From positions 3,368 through 67,367 of the IMG/VR virus record IMGVR_UViG_3300048917_000233: a DNA stretch of 64,000 nt, one strand, 5' to 3'. The notes below the pieces were generated by a model. The model searched no databases and had not been told where the DNA came from. It worked only from the letters and a program-made list of their open reading frames with translations. The position numbers and the translations under genes are program-made. Below are positions 56,226-64,000 of the stretch, in pieces. Numbering within the stretch: position 1 is the stretch's first letter; each line of letters begins with the position of its first letter. This DNA is from a virus (Duplodnaviria; Caudoviricetes).

Positions 56226-56602
56226 GTGAACTAGGAGAATACTACCAAATGATATTTTTACGAGAAAATTATTGGGCATATCCGCTTCCAGAAAGCGCAG
56301 AAGGCGCAGAGATAAGGGGTGAACATTCCGGCAGGCCATATCAATTACTTTCCTTTTATGGTGAAGCGGATGCTGTTGATCTCCCACCCGGTACCTGGCA
56401 GATAGTCTGTACGAGCAAGAACGCCACATATTTACAGGCTGCTAGTATAGTAGAACACTTTAGGGGAGGCTTCGTAGATTACGACGAAAACTCAATCCCG
56501 CGTGTATACGCATATACTTCGCCATTTGAATCGCTGAACTCCCTCCTTACCTCAAAAGAGTGTGATTTGAATATAAATTGGTTAATACTTAAAAAGCAGT
56601 AA
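56222..56602 (+). CDS. hypothetical protein
   Basis: ATGA-coupled ORF. Confidence 0.6.
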   Translation: MSELGEYYQMIFLRENYWAYPLPESAEGAEIRGEHSGRPYQLLSFYGEADAVDLPPGTWQIVCTSKNATYLQAASIVEHFRGGFVDYDENSIPRVYAYTSPFESLNSLLTSKECDLNINWLILKKQ

Positions 56603-56603
56603 G

Positions 56604-56981
56604 ATGAGACAGTACTATATAATCAGCTTAAAGCACACATCAAAAGGCGATACGGCATTATTGTTTTTCGGCCCCAACAATAGCGGGTACACGCATCATC
56701 GAGATCGAGCCGGGAAATACTCATACGAGGATGCTGTAAGGTTTAGCGGTCCTGATGCGCCAATGGTTGAATGCGAAAAGGTTGATCCATTCTGGATGAA
56801 TGCGGTTGATTTCGGCGACAAATTTATAGCCGTAGCAAATACTCAGCAGGTAAGATATGCATTAGGCATAAGCGATAAGGAAATGAAACCAAAGAAATAC
56901 GCCGGATGCAGAATGCAATTTATTAACACTCCGGTTCAACCTCAAACCACCACCAATGACACTACCACAGGAAACGCTTGA
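56604..56981 (+). CDS. hypothetical phage protein
   Basis: YYIISLKHT...FFGPNNSGYT...AGKY. Confidence 0.65.
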   Translation: MRQYYIISLKHTSKGDTALLFFGPNNSGYTHHRDRAGKYSYEDAVRFSGPDAPMVECEKVDPFWMNAVDFGDKFIAVANTQQVRYALGISDKEMKPKKYAGCRMQFINTPVQPQTTTNDTTTGNA

Positions 56982-57246
56982 AGCCATCGAGAAGGACGCA
57001 TCTGTTAAAACCAAGGCAAAGGAGGCCGAAATAAAAGACCGGTTTTATAAGCACTCGCCAAATAAGATAGCCTATTTAGATGGATATGAAACGGGGAGAA
57101 TTGAAGGCGCTACCGAATGGGCAGGGAAGGCGCAGGACTTAGCCGACACGCTTAAATGGATTCAAATGCATGCGCCAATTGAGCCGGTTGTCGATGACGC
57201 TATCAGTGCCGCCATCGCCAAATACAAGGAGGTGAGTAATGGGTAA
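56956..57246 (+). CDS. hypothetical protein
   Basis: 96-aa helical ORF. Confidence 0.6.
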   Translation: MTLPQETLEAIEKDASVKTKAKEAEIKDRFYKHSPNKIAYLDGYETGRIEGATEWAGKAQDLADTLKWIQMHAPIEPVVDDAISAAIAKYKEVSNG

Positions 57247-57886
57247 TAATGTTCTAATATCTATTTTTGATTACACCGGCAACGCGTCGATGCCGTACAG
57301 GGAAGCCGGGTGGGAGGTTATGCAGATTGATATACAACATGGGCAGGATATTATGGAATGGGATTATAAAATGTGGCTTATGGGCAACTATGGGACTGCC
57401 CCGTTCGATGATATAGGGTTGAGAATAGGGATAATCGCAATGATTCCTTGTACTGATTACGCCAATAGCGGAGCCAAGCATTTCAAAAGAAAGGATTCCG
57501 ATGGCTCTACCGAGAAAAGCCAAAAGTTAGTGGCTAAAACAAAAGAAATTATTGATTTTTTTGAAACCAAAGGTGTATTGATTTTTTGGCAAATAGAAAA
57601 CCCAATGAGCCGCATTCATAAATTAAATCCGTGGATGGGCAAACAGACATTAAAATTTAACCCTTGCGATTTTGCAGGATACGATCCGGCTCCAGAAAAA
57701 AGCAGGTATAATAAGAGAACGTGGCTGTGGGGCAAATTCAAAATTCCAGAAAGAAAATACCTTCCCCCATTTGGGAAAGATTATCCTGGGTTCAGAAAAT
57801 TAGGAGGTAAAAGCCTTAAAACTAAAAATCTACGTAGTATTACCCCGATGGGGTTTGCTTACGCTTTTTATCACGCAAATCATTAA
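57239..57886 (+). CDS. C5-cytosine DNA methyltransferase-like protein (short form)
   Basis: SIFDYTG motif I, IDI, MIPCTDYA (PC), WQIENP (EN). Confidence 0.75.
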   Translation: MGNNVLISIFDYTGNASMPYREAGWEVMQIDIQHGQDIMEWDYKMWLMGNYGTAPFDDIGLRIGIIAMIPCTDYANSGAKHFKRKDSDGSTEKSQKLVAKTKEIIDFFETKGVLIFWQIENPMSRIHKLNPWMGKQTLKFNPCDFAGYDPAPEKSRYNKRTWLWGKFKIPERKYLPPFGKDYPGFRKLGGKSLKTKNLRSITPMGFAYAFYHANH

Positions 57887-57898
57887 AGGAGGTAACCA

Positions 57899-58150
57899 AT
57901 GAATAAAGACACACAATTACCGGCTGAGGTGCTGGCCGACATAGAATTGAAGGCAGAACATGAAGCTGCTTTGCAATTCCATCCAGTTTATAGTCCAGAT
58001 CAAAACACAGCCTGCCGTATTTGTTACCGTAATGGAGCAAAGGAATACGCCACCAAGTTGCATCAGGAGCAGCAGGAGAATCAGAGACTAATGGCCCTTA
58101 TTAAATCCGTAAAGGATCAATTGGGGGCATGCAGGACATATAAATATTGA
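57899..58150 (+). CDS. hypothetical protein
   Basis: AAGGAGGT 5 nt upstream of start. Confidence 0.6.
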   Translation: MNKDTQLPAEVLADIELKAEHEAALQFHPVYSPDQNTACRICYRNGAKEYATKLHQEQQENQRLMALIKSVKDQLGACRTYKY

Positions 58151-58173
58151 ACAGCGAATCAAAACATTATTAG

Positions 58174-58656
58174 ATGGAACAAAGTAAACTATACTGCACG
58201 CTAACCGATACTGAATTGTCAGAAAAGGCCAAACACTGGATTGACAGATTGATAAAGTCAGGCGGGAAAGAATTTACCATGCAGGTGCCGGCCCGGCCAA
58301 ATGAGGATACCGATTTGATTCTTGCCGAACTGGAGCAACGGTTTTTGAAGTACTGCTACGAGAATACAGCCTTACAAGCTAAGTGTGAAAGGTATGAGAA
58401 AGCATTGACACAGATAGAGGCTTTAGGCGAAGGCGCGACCATATTGCATTTACGAACATGCAAAAAAGTAGCCAACGAAGCCCTATCCGCAGGAGATGGG
58501 AAGAAGGAGCCATCTTGCGATGAAATAGCCCTTGATAAATTAGCATCTCAGGTGTTGACGGACAATCAATTCGAACTGGAATATCAAGGTTTATGCATAA
58601 ACGATAAACGACGGTATTTAGATAACCATGTAAACCAAAAGGAGGATAAACTATGA
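58174..58656 (+). CDS. hypothetical protein
   Basis: 160-aa ORF. Confidence 0.6.
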   Translation: MEQSKLYCTLTDTELSEKAKHWIDRLIKSGGKEFTMQVPARPNEDTDLILAELEQRFLKYCYENTALQAKCERYEKALTQIEALGEGATILHLRTCKKVANEALSAGDGKKEPSCDEIALDKLASQVLTDNQFELEYQGLCINDKRRYLDNHVNQKEDKL

Positions 58657-59087
58657 CAACGGAAGAGTTATTGAAACCACGGTATAAGGTTATAAACATT
58701 TGGCCAGGGATGCATTTAGAGCCATTTGACAAAGATCAGGTTGTTGTTTTACAAGCTCATAAAGAAGAAGATGCAGAGGGATTTGTTTATAAACCTGACA
58801 AGCACAAGCCACGAAATTTCATGTGGAAATCGTTTTTTGATTTATTCCCCCACCTTTTCGAGCCATTACCCTGGTGGAAAGAGAGAAAGCCGGAAGATAT
58901 GCCACACTATGTGAAGCACATTGCTACGGGTAAGATGTGGAAGGTAAAAGAATACGATTTGCCTACTGGTGCCCATTTAATTGGAGTCGAAATTTCGAGC
59001 TATTGGGCCGTTATGAAGAATTTGGAACCAGCGACACTCGACGACTACAACGCCTACCTGCAAACCACTAACCAAAATAATGGATAA
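58653..59087 (+). CDS. hypothetical phage protein
   Basis: LLKPRYKVINIWPG...FPHLFEPLPWWKER; similar FRLLRWWEHR segment in 51729-52172. Confidence 0.65.
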   Translation: MTTEELLKPRYKVINIWPGMHLEPFDKDQVVVLQAHKEEDAEGFVYKPDKHKPRNFMWKSFFDLFPHLFEPLPWWKERKPEDMPHYVKHIATGKMWKVKEYDLPTGAHLIGVEISSYWAVMKNLEPATLDDYNAYLQTTNQNNG

Positions 59088-59365
59088 TGAGTAGCAAAAT
59101 ATTAGTTAGTACAGCAGCATTGTACAACTACCTGACAAACGTCTTGGAATTTAATATGCCAGAAATGAAGGTCAAAGTAGCTGATGGTGAGCTGCAAATA
59201 AACGGATTCCGGTACTTAATGGTTGACCATAAAGGAACCTTTGAAACTGAAGTTTCAGTAGAAAAGCTACGAAGGCTGCGCAAGGTGTTAAGTACGGTTA
59301 CCGATCAGCCAATTACCCTGCTTATTGAATACGATCAATTTGAAATACGTAGCATTCTTATTTAA
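59087..59365 (+). CDS. hypothetical protein
   Basis: Coupled ORF. Confidence 0.6.
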   Translation: MSSKILVSTAALYNYLTNVLEFNMPEMKVKVADGELQINGFRYLMVDHKGTFETEVSVEKLRRLRKVLSTVTDQPITLLIEYDQFEIRSILI

Positions 59366-59386
59366 CACCCACTCAAACAATAAATA

Positions 59387-59584
59387 ATGGCTAAAAATTA
59401 TTTCGCAGTAGTACATAAAGAAAGCGGCAAGTTTATTCTACATAATTCCCAACTTCCAATCTATTGGAATAAATCGGTAGCGGATGATGTTGCAAAAAGA
59501 AACAAAGGATACTTAGTGCAGCCAGTGGATATAAATTATTTAGAGAGGCTTATACTCAGCAAACCGAATAAAAAAGCTAAATAA
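59387..59584 (+). CDS. hypothetical protein
   Basis: 65-aa ORF. Confidence 0.55.
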   Translation: MAKNYFAVVHKESGKFILHNSQLPIYWNKSVADDVAKRNKGYLVQPVDINYLERLILSKPNKKAK

Positions 59585-59589
59585 CCAAC

Positions 59590-59979
59590 ATGGAAAAGAA
59601 ATACCCGATAGGAGGAACAGTGACCATTTTAATCAATGTTGATAGCAACACAATAGAATCTGTTTATGTTGATACCGCTGAAGCTATTGATGCCTGTAGA
59701 AACAACAGAAATCTATCACCTTTAACTTTCCCAGTAATCGGACGAGCCACCCCTCAAGGTATCGGATGGGTGAAGGGAGCGCCGCGGGAAATGAAACCAC
59801 ATTACGCGAAAGTACCAAGTAAGCTGTTCGATCACTTTACTTATAAAGCGATCATAATCCCTAATAATGATGCGGCTGGGTACTGGTGGGCTGTTGGTGA
59901 TGGCTTTGCATTTGATTTAAAATCGGAAGAAATAATTGAGCATTTAGACGAAAGCCAACCCCAGCCGGGAAGGGAATAG
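59590..59979 (+). CDS. hypothetical protein
   Basis: 129-aa ORF. Confidence 0.55.
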   Translation: MEKKYPIGGTVTILINVDSNTIESVYVDTAEAIDACRNNRNLSPLTFPVIGRATPQGIGWVKGAPREMKPHYAKVPSKLFDHFTYKAIIIPNNDAAGYWWAVGDGFAFDLKSEEIIEHLDESQPQPGRE

Positions 59980-60028
59980 TATACAGGATCACTGAAACTT
60001 AATCCTAAAATCTTAAACCTAGTGAGTT

Positions 60029-60571
60029 ATGGAATGCGCAGAACAAGAAATTCTACAAGGATTTCGTAAAGGCGACCCAGAATCATTCAGATACATATAT
60101 AATACATTCTATGTATCTGTTTATTTAAAAGCTAATAGGTACTTAAAATCAGAGGAAGAGGCGAAAGACATAAGAGCTAGATGCTTTACTAAATTCTGGG
60201 AGTTACATGGCAGGTTGGAATTTAATTCTATGGGAGATGTTTATGCGTGGCTCAATAAAACCGTATCCAATAGTTGTATTGATTTTTTACGAAGGCAAAA
60301 TATGGCAAGGACAAAAACAAAAATCATATATAGCAAATGGGTTGAAAACGACAAAGAGGTATATGAAGCAGATGAAAAAGAAGCGGCTATTATAGAAAGA
60401 TTACTGAAGCAAATAGATCAGTTACCGCCTAAATTCAAGCAAGTATTCAAAATGCGTTGGTTAAATGATCTTAAATTTAGGGAGATTGCAGAACAATTAG
60501 GAGCCGATGTCAGTACTATAAAAAAGAGATACGCTCGAGCTATTACCTTACTAAAAAGAACATTGATTTAA
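60029..60571 (+). CDS. ECF-type sigma-70 factor
   Basis: GDPESFRYIY...EEEAKDI...F...W...AWLNKTVSNSCIDFLRR...QLPPKFKQVFKMR...FREIAEQLG...TIKKRYARA. Confidence 0.9.
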   Translation: MECAEQEILQGFRKGDPESFRYIYNTFYVSVYLKANRYLKSEEEAKDIRARCFTKFWELHGRLEFNSMGDVYAWLNKTVSNSCIDFLRRQNMARTKTKIIYSKWVENDKEVYEADEKEAAIIERLLKQIDQLPPKFKQVFKMRWLNDLKFREIAEQLGADVSTIKKRYARAITLLKRTLI

Positions 60572-60607
60572 GATTTTTGATTAAGTGGTATTTTAAGGGT
60601 TAAAATT

Positions 60608-60645
60608 AACTCCCGGGTTGTCTAGCCTGGGAGTTTTTGTTTTTC
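60608..60645 (+). terminator. Rho-independent terminator at convergent junction
   Basis: 10-bp stem AACTCCCGGG/CCTGGGAGTT followed by TTTGTTTTT. Confidence 0.7.
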
Positions 60646-60933
60646 ACCTTGAAACTCCAATGCCTTAATCATCTCCAATATTCTCGTCCCAGAAACCATC
60701 CCTCCTGAGTTTACAATATATTCAAAAAGGCTATTCTTAAACTCTATCCATTTATCCATTGGGAAGGCTTCTATTTCTAATCTATAATGAAGATGATTGT
60801 CGTTTACTGGGTTTTCGTATTTAAACCCCGCTCCTATTCTCTCCCCTAGTATGGAGTTGGCATTATGTCTATAGTGCTCAGCGTATTCATTTGCGTCGTG
60901 TGGGAGGTGTTTATATTCAGTAATAAATCTCAT
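60622..60933 (-). CDS. hypothetical protein
   Basis: 103-aa ORF. Confidence 0.6.
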   Translation of the reverse strand: MRFITEYKHLPHDANEYAEHYRHNANSILGERIGAGFKYENPVNDNHLHYRLEIEAFPMDKWIEFKNSLFEYIVNSGGMVSGTRILEMIKALEFQGEKQKLPG

Positions 60934-61088
60934 AATGTATATTCAAGTTTTGAGTAATCAATTTCCTTTAGATCAGTCCTTATATAAAATGGATTCATAT
61001 TCATCCACCGTTCATGCTTTTTATTTTCGCATATAAAAAGGAGCTTTGATAGCTGATGGTAAACTACATCTCCTACTACTATGTTCAT
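60930..61088 (-). CDS. small hypothetical protein (52 aa, absent from ORF track)
   Basis: TAATG and ATGA overlaps at both ends; MNIVVGDVVYHQLS...LEYTL. Confidence 0.5.
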   Translation of the reverse strand: MNIVVGDVVYHQLSKLLFICENKKHERWMNMNPFYIRTDLKEIDYSKLEYTL

Positions 61089-61241
61089 TATTTAATTGAT
61101 TTATGCGGAAATTTTAAAAACCATAGCTTTAGATCAATGCAGTCTTGGGGGATAAAGTTCATGGCCCAAAGAATTAATTTGGTGCAGATATATAATTTAA
61201 TTTCTCGTTTCAATGATTTCATGTTAATTGCTTTGGTTGAA

Positions 61242-61979
61242 TTATTTAAAATAATCAACTCTGGTTTTACTCTTTTCCACCATATCATAATCATTATCTA
61301 CGCATATATAATTCCTGTTTGTTTCTTTACAAGCCATAGCCAATGTGCCGCTCCCTGAGCAGTTGTCTAAAATTAAATCCCCTTCCATCGAGTATGTTTT
61401 TATTAGATACGATATAAGAGCTACTGGTTTCTGAGTAGGATGTAATGCTGATATTTGTTTGTCTGTTGGAAATTTCAACACACTTTTAGGATACCTTTCC
61501 TGGCTGTCATATGTTGTTAACCCGTGCTTACCATAATTTGTGGTCATCTTGGAATTACGCTTGTGATGAGAAGTGCTTACTTTTCTTGTGTGTCCTGTTG
61601 TTTTTTGCGGATTATATATTGGCAGCTTTTTATAAAACACTAATATATCCTCATGACTTCTTAATGGCATCCTTTTAGCGTTCAAATGACCCGTAGGAGA
61701 TGTTTTTTCCCAAATTAAATTATATCTATGCATCTTTTCATTAGACAGCATTAATCTGGCTGAAAACTTATCCTGACCAAATAGAATGATGGCTCCATTC
61801 GGTTTTATTATTCTTTCATAGCTTTCCCAAAGTTTACTTAAATCAATTATGGAGTCCCATTTATTTTTAGTGACCCCGTATGGTAAATCACACAATATCA
61901 TATCTATGCTACTGCTCTTAATAAAACTCATTAACTCCAAGCAATCGGCATGATAAATATTATTCATTTCTATATTCAT
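61242..61979 (-). CDS. N4/N6 DNA methyltransferase (beta class)
   Basis: DMILCDLPYG, HEDILVFYK, HPTQKPVAL, ILDNCSGSGT. Confidence 0.9.
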   Translation of the reverse strand: MNIEMNNIYHADCLELMSFIKSSSIDMILCDLPYGVTKNKWDSIIDLSKLWESYERIIKPNGAIILFGQDKFSARLMLSNEKMHRYNLIWEKTSPTGHLNAKRMPLRSHEDILVFYKKLPIYNPQKTTGHTRKVSTSHHKRNSKMTTNYGKHGLTTYDSQERYPKSVLKFPTDKQISALHPTQKPVALISYLIKTYSMEGDLILDNCSGSGTLAMACKETNRNYICVDNDYDMVEKSKTRVDYFK

Positions 61980-61982
61980 TAT

Positions 61983-62354
61983 TTATGGTTTATTGATTAC
62001 TTCTAGTTCTATGCCCTCATAAGAAAACAACTCAGTAAGGCGTTCAATTTTGTATTCAGGGGTGGTTTTTGTGTCATCATTTATAGAAATAGCGTCTAGC
62101 GATAATCCGGAATTTATTTTTCCAACTAATCCCTCATGCGCAAATAGGGGGATTAATGTATCAAGTTCGGCTGGTTCTCCTTTCCTAAATAATTCGTCTT
62201 CTGAAACTCCCATTTGTATACTGAATAGCCCAAGACAACAACAAAATCCTTCATCGTTTTTAAGCGCTACTTCACCTTTGCCAACTTGATGTGAGCCACC
62301 AGCGCCACAAATCCATTTAGAATAATCAAGTATTAGTTTCTTTGGCTTGTTCAT
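61983..62354 (-). CDS. hypothetical phage protein
   Basis: LILDYSKWICG...FCCLG...AISINDD. Confidence 0.65.
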   Translation of the reverse strand: MNKPKKLILDYSKWICGAGGSHQVGKGEVALKNDEGFCCCLGLFSIQMGVSEDELFRKGEPAELDTLIPLFAHEGLVGKINSGLSLDAISINDDTKTTPEYKIERLTELFSYEGIELEVINKP

Positions 62355-62386
62355 TTTGTTTTATATTTATTTGAATAATGTCATGG

Positions 62387-62683
62387 TTACTTAATTTCTA
62401 TTCTTTGAGGATATGCGTGTAGGGTTAAGTATTCTTTAAACCTTTCCGCTTGTTCAGTATTCATATCAACAAGGCGATTAATTATATCCCAAGGATCAGC
62501 ACCTCTTACAGCGGCATCGATGATGTTCCTGAATAAAGGTATTTTTTTATACCTGTCATACCCATTTGTATATTTCTGGAGTAATTCAGCTCGCTTTTGA
62601 AGCTGGCGCTCCTGCTCATCGATGTAATTATCTTGGATTGCGGCCCTTGTGTCGGCATCCATATTGCTGTATGCATCACTCAT
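62387..62683 (-). CDS. hypothetical protein
   Basis: Start moved to MSDAY, 1 nt after upstream stop. Confidence 0.6.
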   Translation of the reverse strand: MSDAYSNMDADTRAAIQDNYIDEQERQLQKRAELLQKYTNGYDRYKKIPLFRNIIDAAVRGADPWDIINRLVDMNTEQAERFKEYLTLHAYPQRIEIK

Positions 62684-62684
62684 T

Positions 62685-62987
62685 TTAATAAAATTTAGGT
62701 TTATACCCTGAAATAATTGGCTCCTGAGTGTAGGCGTATTGTATTTTACCGCACTTTTTGCATTCGCGGCTCCACCTTTCTTTAGTGTCATCGCGATAAC
62801 CTTCTGGCTCTGTCCATACATCAGAACCTTGACCCACTGTTTTATATCCATATGGAACCCGAACTTCTTCTGGGTCATATTTCACTTCATCCCATTCGTG
62901 ACCGCAGTTTTCCATTGCCTGCTGCTCTTGTCTTGCTTCTTCTAAAAGGCGTTCCATGCGTCGCCTGTGATTCATGTTTTCTCTCAT
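62685..62987 (-). CDS. hypothetical protein with CxH...CxxC
   Basis: CGHEW...ECKKCGK. Confidence 0.65.
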   Translation of the reverse strand: MRENMNHRRRMERLLEEARQEQQAMENCGHEWDEVKYDPEEVRVPYGYKTVGQGSDVWTEPEGYRDDTKERWSRECKKCGKIQYAYTQEPIISGYKPKFY

Positions 62988-63194
62988 TTTAATTAATTTA
63001 TAGAGTTATTTTATAATTTTTGTCCCGTACAGGATTGCCAATACGATAGAATCAAATAGTAAAGCGAATAAAAACAATATGCAATATCCCGCAGACGCCT
63101 CTCCTATAAGTTTCTGTTTATCAATTGGTTTAAATTCATCCATTATCCCATATATCAACCACCAAATAGTCATAATTTATAGAGTTAAATAGTT

Positions 63195-63452
63195 TTATTT
63201 TGTTTTATACCTGCCTACTGGGTAGCTAGTATGTTTATAAGTTTTACCTTCCTCTGTCAATAGATGATCGAATGGATATGATGTTTGCTGGCGTATAAGG
63301 CCCAATTCAAGGTTAAGGGCTTGCCAAACTCGCCACTGTATTCGATGAGTTTCATGCCCTATTGATATTTGAAAATATCGGTCATCATGCACAATTACGC
63401 CACCTCGCTGCAATCTATCTACAACAAACCACTGAGCCTTAGTGAGTTTCAT
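63195..63452 (-). CDS. hypothetical protein (winged-helix-like)
   Basis: MKLTKAQ...LTEEGK. Confidence 0.55.
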   Translation of the reverse strand: MKLTKAQWFVVDRLQRGGVIVHDDRYFQISIGHETHRIQWRVWQALNLELGLIRQQTSYPFDHLLTEEGKTYKHTSYPVGRYKTK

Positions 63453-63924
63453 TTAATTTAGATTCAAGTTCTTCAATACGTTTTTTCTGATCCAGCGCCC
63501 ATGCCTTACGGCCATTGATTGTATCGCGCTCTTTTGGTATTTTTTCTTGTTTAATTTCCGAAATCCGTTTTTGAATAGCCTCGTTCCCCTCCAAGGGCTT
63601 TATTAGCTCGTTTACGCGCTCTTTTGGCAGCAGCATTGCTTTGGTAACTTGATCCTTATTTTCGGCGTTATAGAGCGCTACAGATTGCTCCGGAGTCAAA
63701 GGGTTGACTAAGCTGGGGGCATTATATGGCGAATTAGCCACCAGTTGCTTTATTTTTAGCAACGTTTCCTGTAGCCCGCCATGAGCCGTGAGTATTTTTT
63801 CAAAAATGCTTTCTTGATGCTCCTTGGTGCCCTTTCTGTAAAAGGCCGACCGGCACTTATTGGAACAAAACTTCGAGGTTGACCTTCTCTCCTGGTATTG
63901 GTTCTTACAATTTAAGCACTCCTT
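63439..63924 (-). CDS. zinc-finger protein
   Basis: CLNCK...KFCSNKCR; start moved to MKECL. Confidence 0.6.
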   Translation of the reverse strand, partial: KECLNCKNQYQERRSTSKFCSNKCRSAFYRKGTKEHQESIFEKILTAHGGLQETLLKIKQLVANSPYNAPSLVNPLTPEQSVALYNAENKDQVTKAMLLPKERVNELIKPLEGNEAIQKRISEIKQEKIPKERDTINGRKAWALDQKKRIEELESKLNETH

Positions 63925-64000
63925 CATAGCGATTATCGTTTCGTTCGCTAAGTACGCTAAAAAGGCCCATCCCACCAAATCTTTCTCTAAACCCCCTCAA

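Larger units (their letters stand above)
1..64000. mobile_element. Bacteriophage genome segment (Bacteroidota-infecting podovirus with crAss-like virion module)
   Basis: Dense phage-type ORFs end to end; terminase-portal-scaffold-capsid-ring-nozzle-ejection-fibre-lysis order; no host housekeeping operons or integrase seen. Confidence 0.93.

Noticed and set aside
1-64000. Stop-codon reassignment as in some crAss-like phages
   Set aside because: Large genes are intact under the standard code, and TAG and TGA both occur as normal gene ends
1-64000. tRNA, rRNA or host chromosomal flanks
   Set aside because: No cloverleaf, rRNA-like or housekeeping sequence recognised by eye; tRNAscan-SE would be needed to exclude tRNAs fully

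Overview
The whole 64 kb window is bacteriophage DNA; no host genes, integrase, tRNA, rRNA or CRISPR array were recognised. The host is most likely in the Bacteroidota: TAnnTTTG -7 promoter elements, A-rich start contexts, signal peptides cleaved before Gln and D-S/T-hydrophobic sequons all point that way. A long minus-strand region (3.9-55.2 kb) carries, in transcription order: replication and regulation genes (sliding clamp-like, Fis-like HTH, initiator with probable iterons, primase-helicase, SSB); a glycosyltransferase/methyltransferase cluster with two HNH genes; a crAss-like podovirus virion module (TerS, TerL, portal, scaffold, major capsid, ring proteins, GroES, nozzle, ejection proteins, fibre); and a lysis region with a GH19 endolysin. 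Two plus-strand blocks each end in an ECF sigma factor, and there are two DNA methyltransferases. The strongest hunt candidate is the 1204-aa fibre-like protein: it has a Sec signal peptide and 18 Bacteroidota O-glycosylation sequons, in a phage that encodes four glycosyltransferase domains, suggesting a periplasm-routed, glycosylated virion fibre. Other leads are a histidine-phosphatase domain in the 1893-aa ejection protein, a three-copy 16-bp palindromic operator, two switch-like RNA leaders and a four-copy gene-junction repeat. All functional calls come from motif recognition by eye, without database searches.
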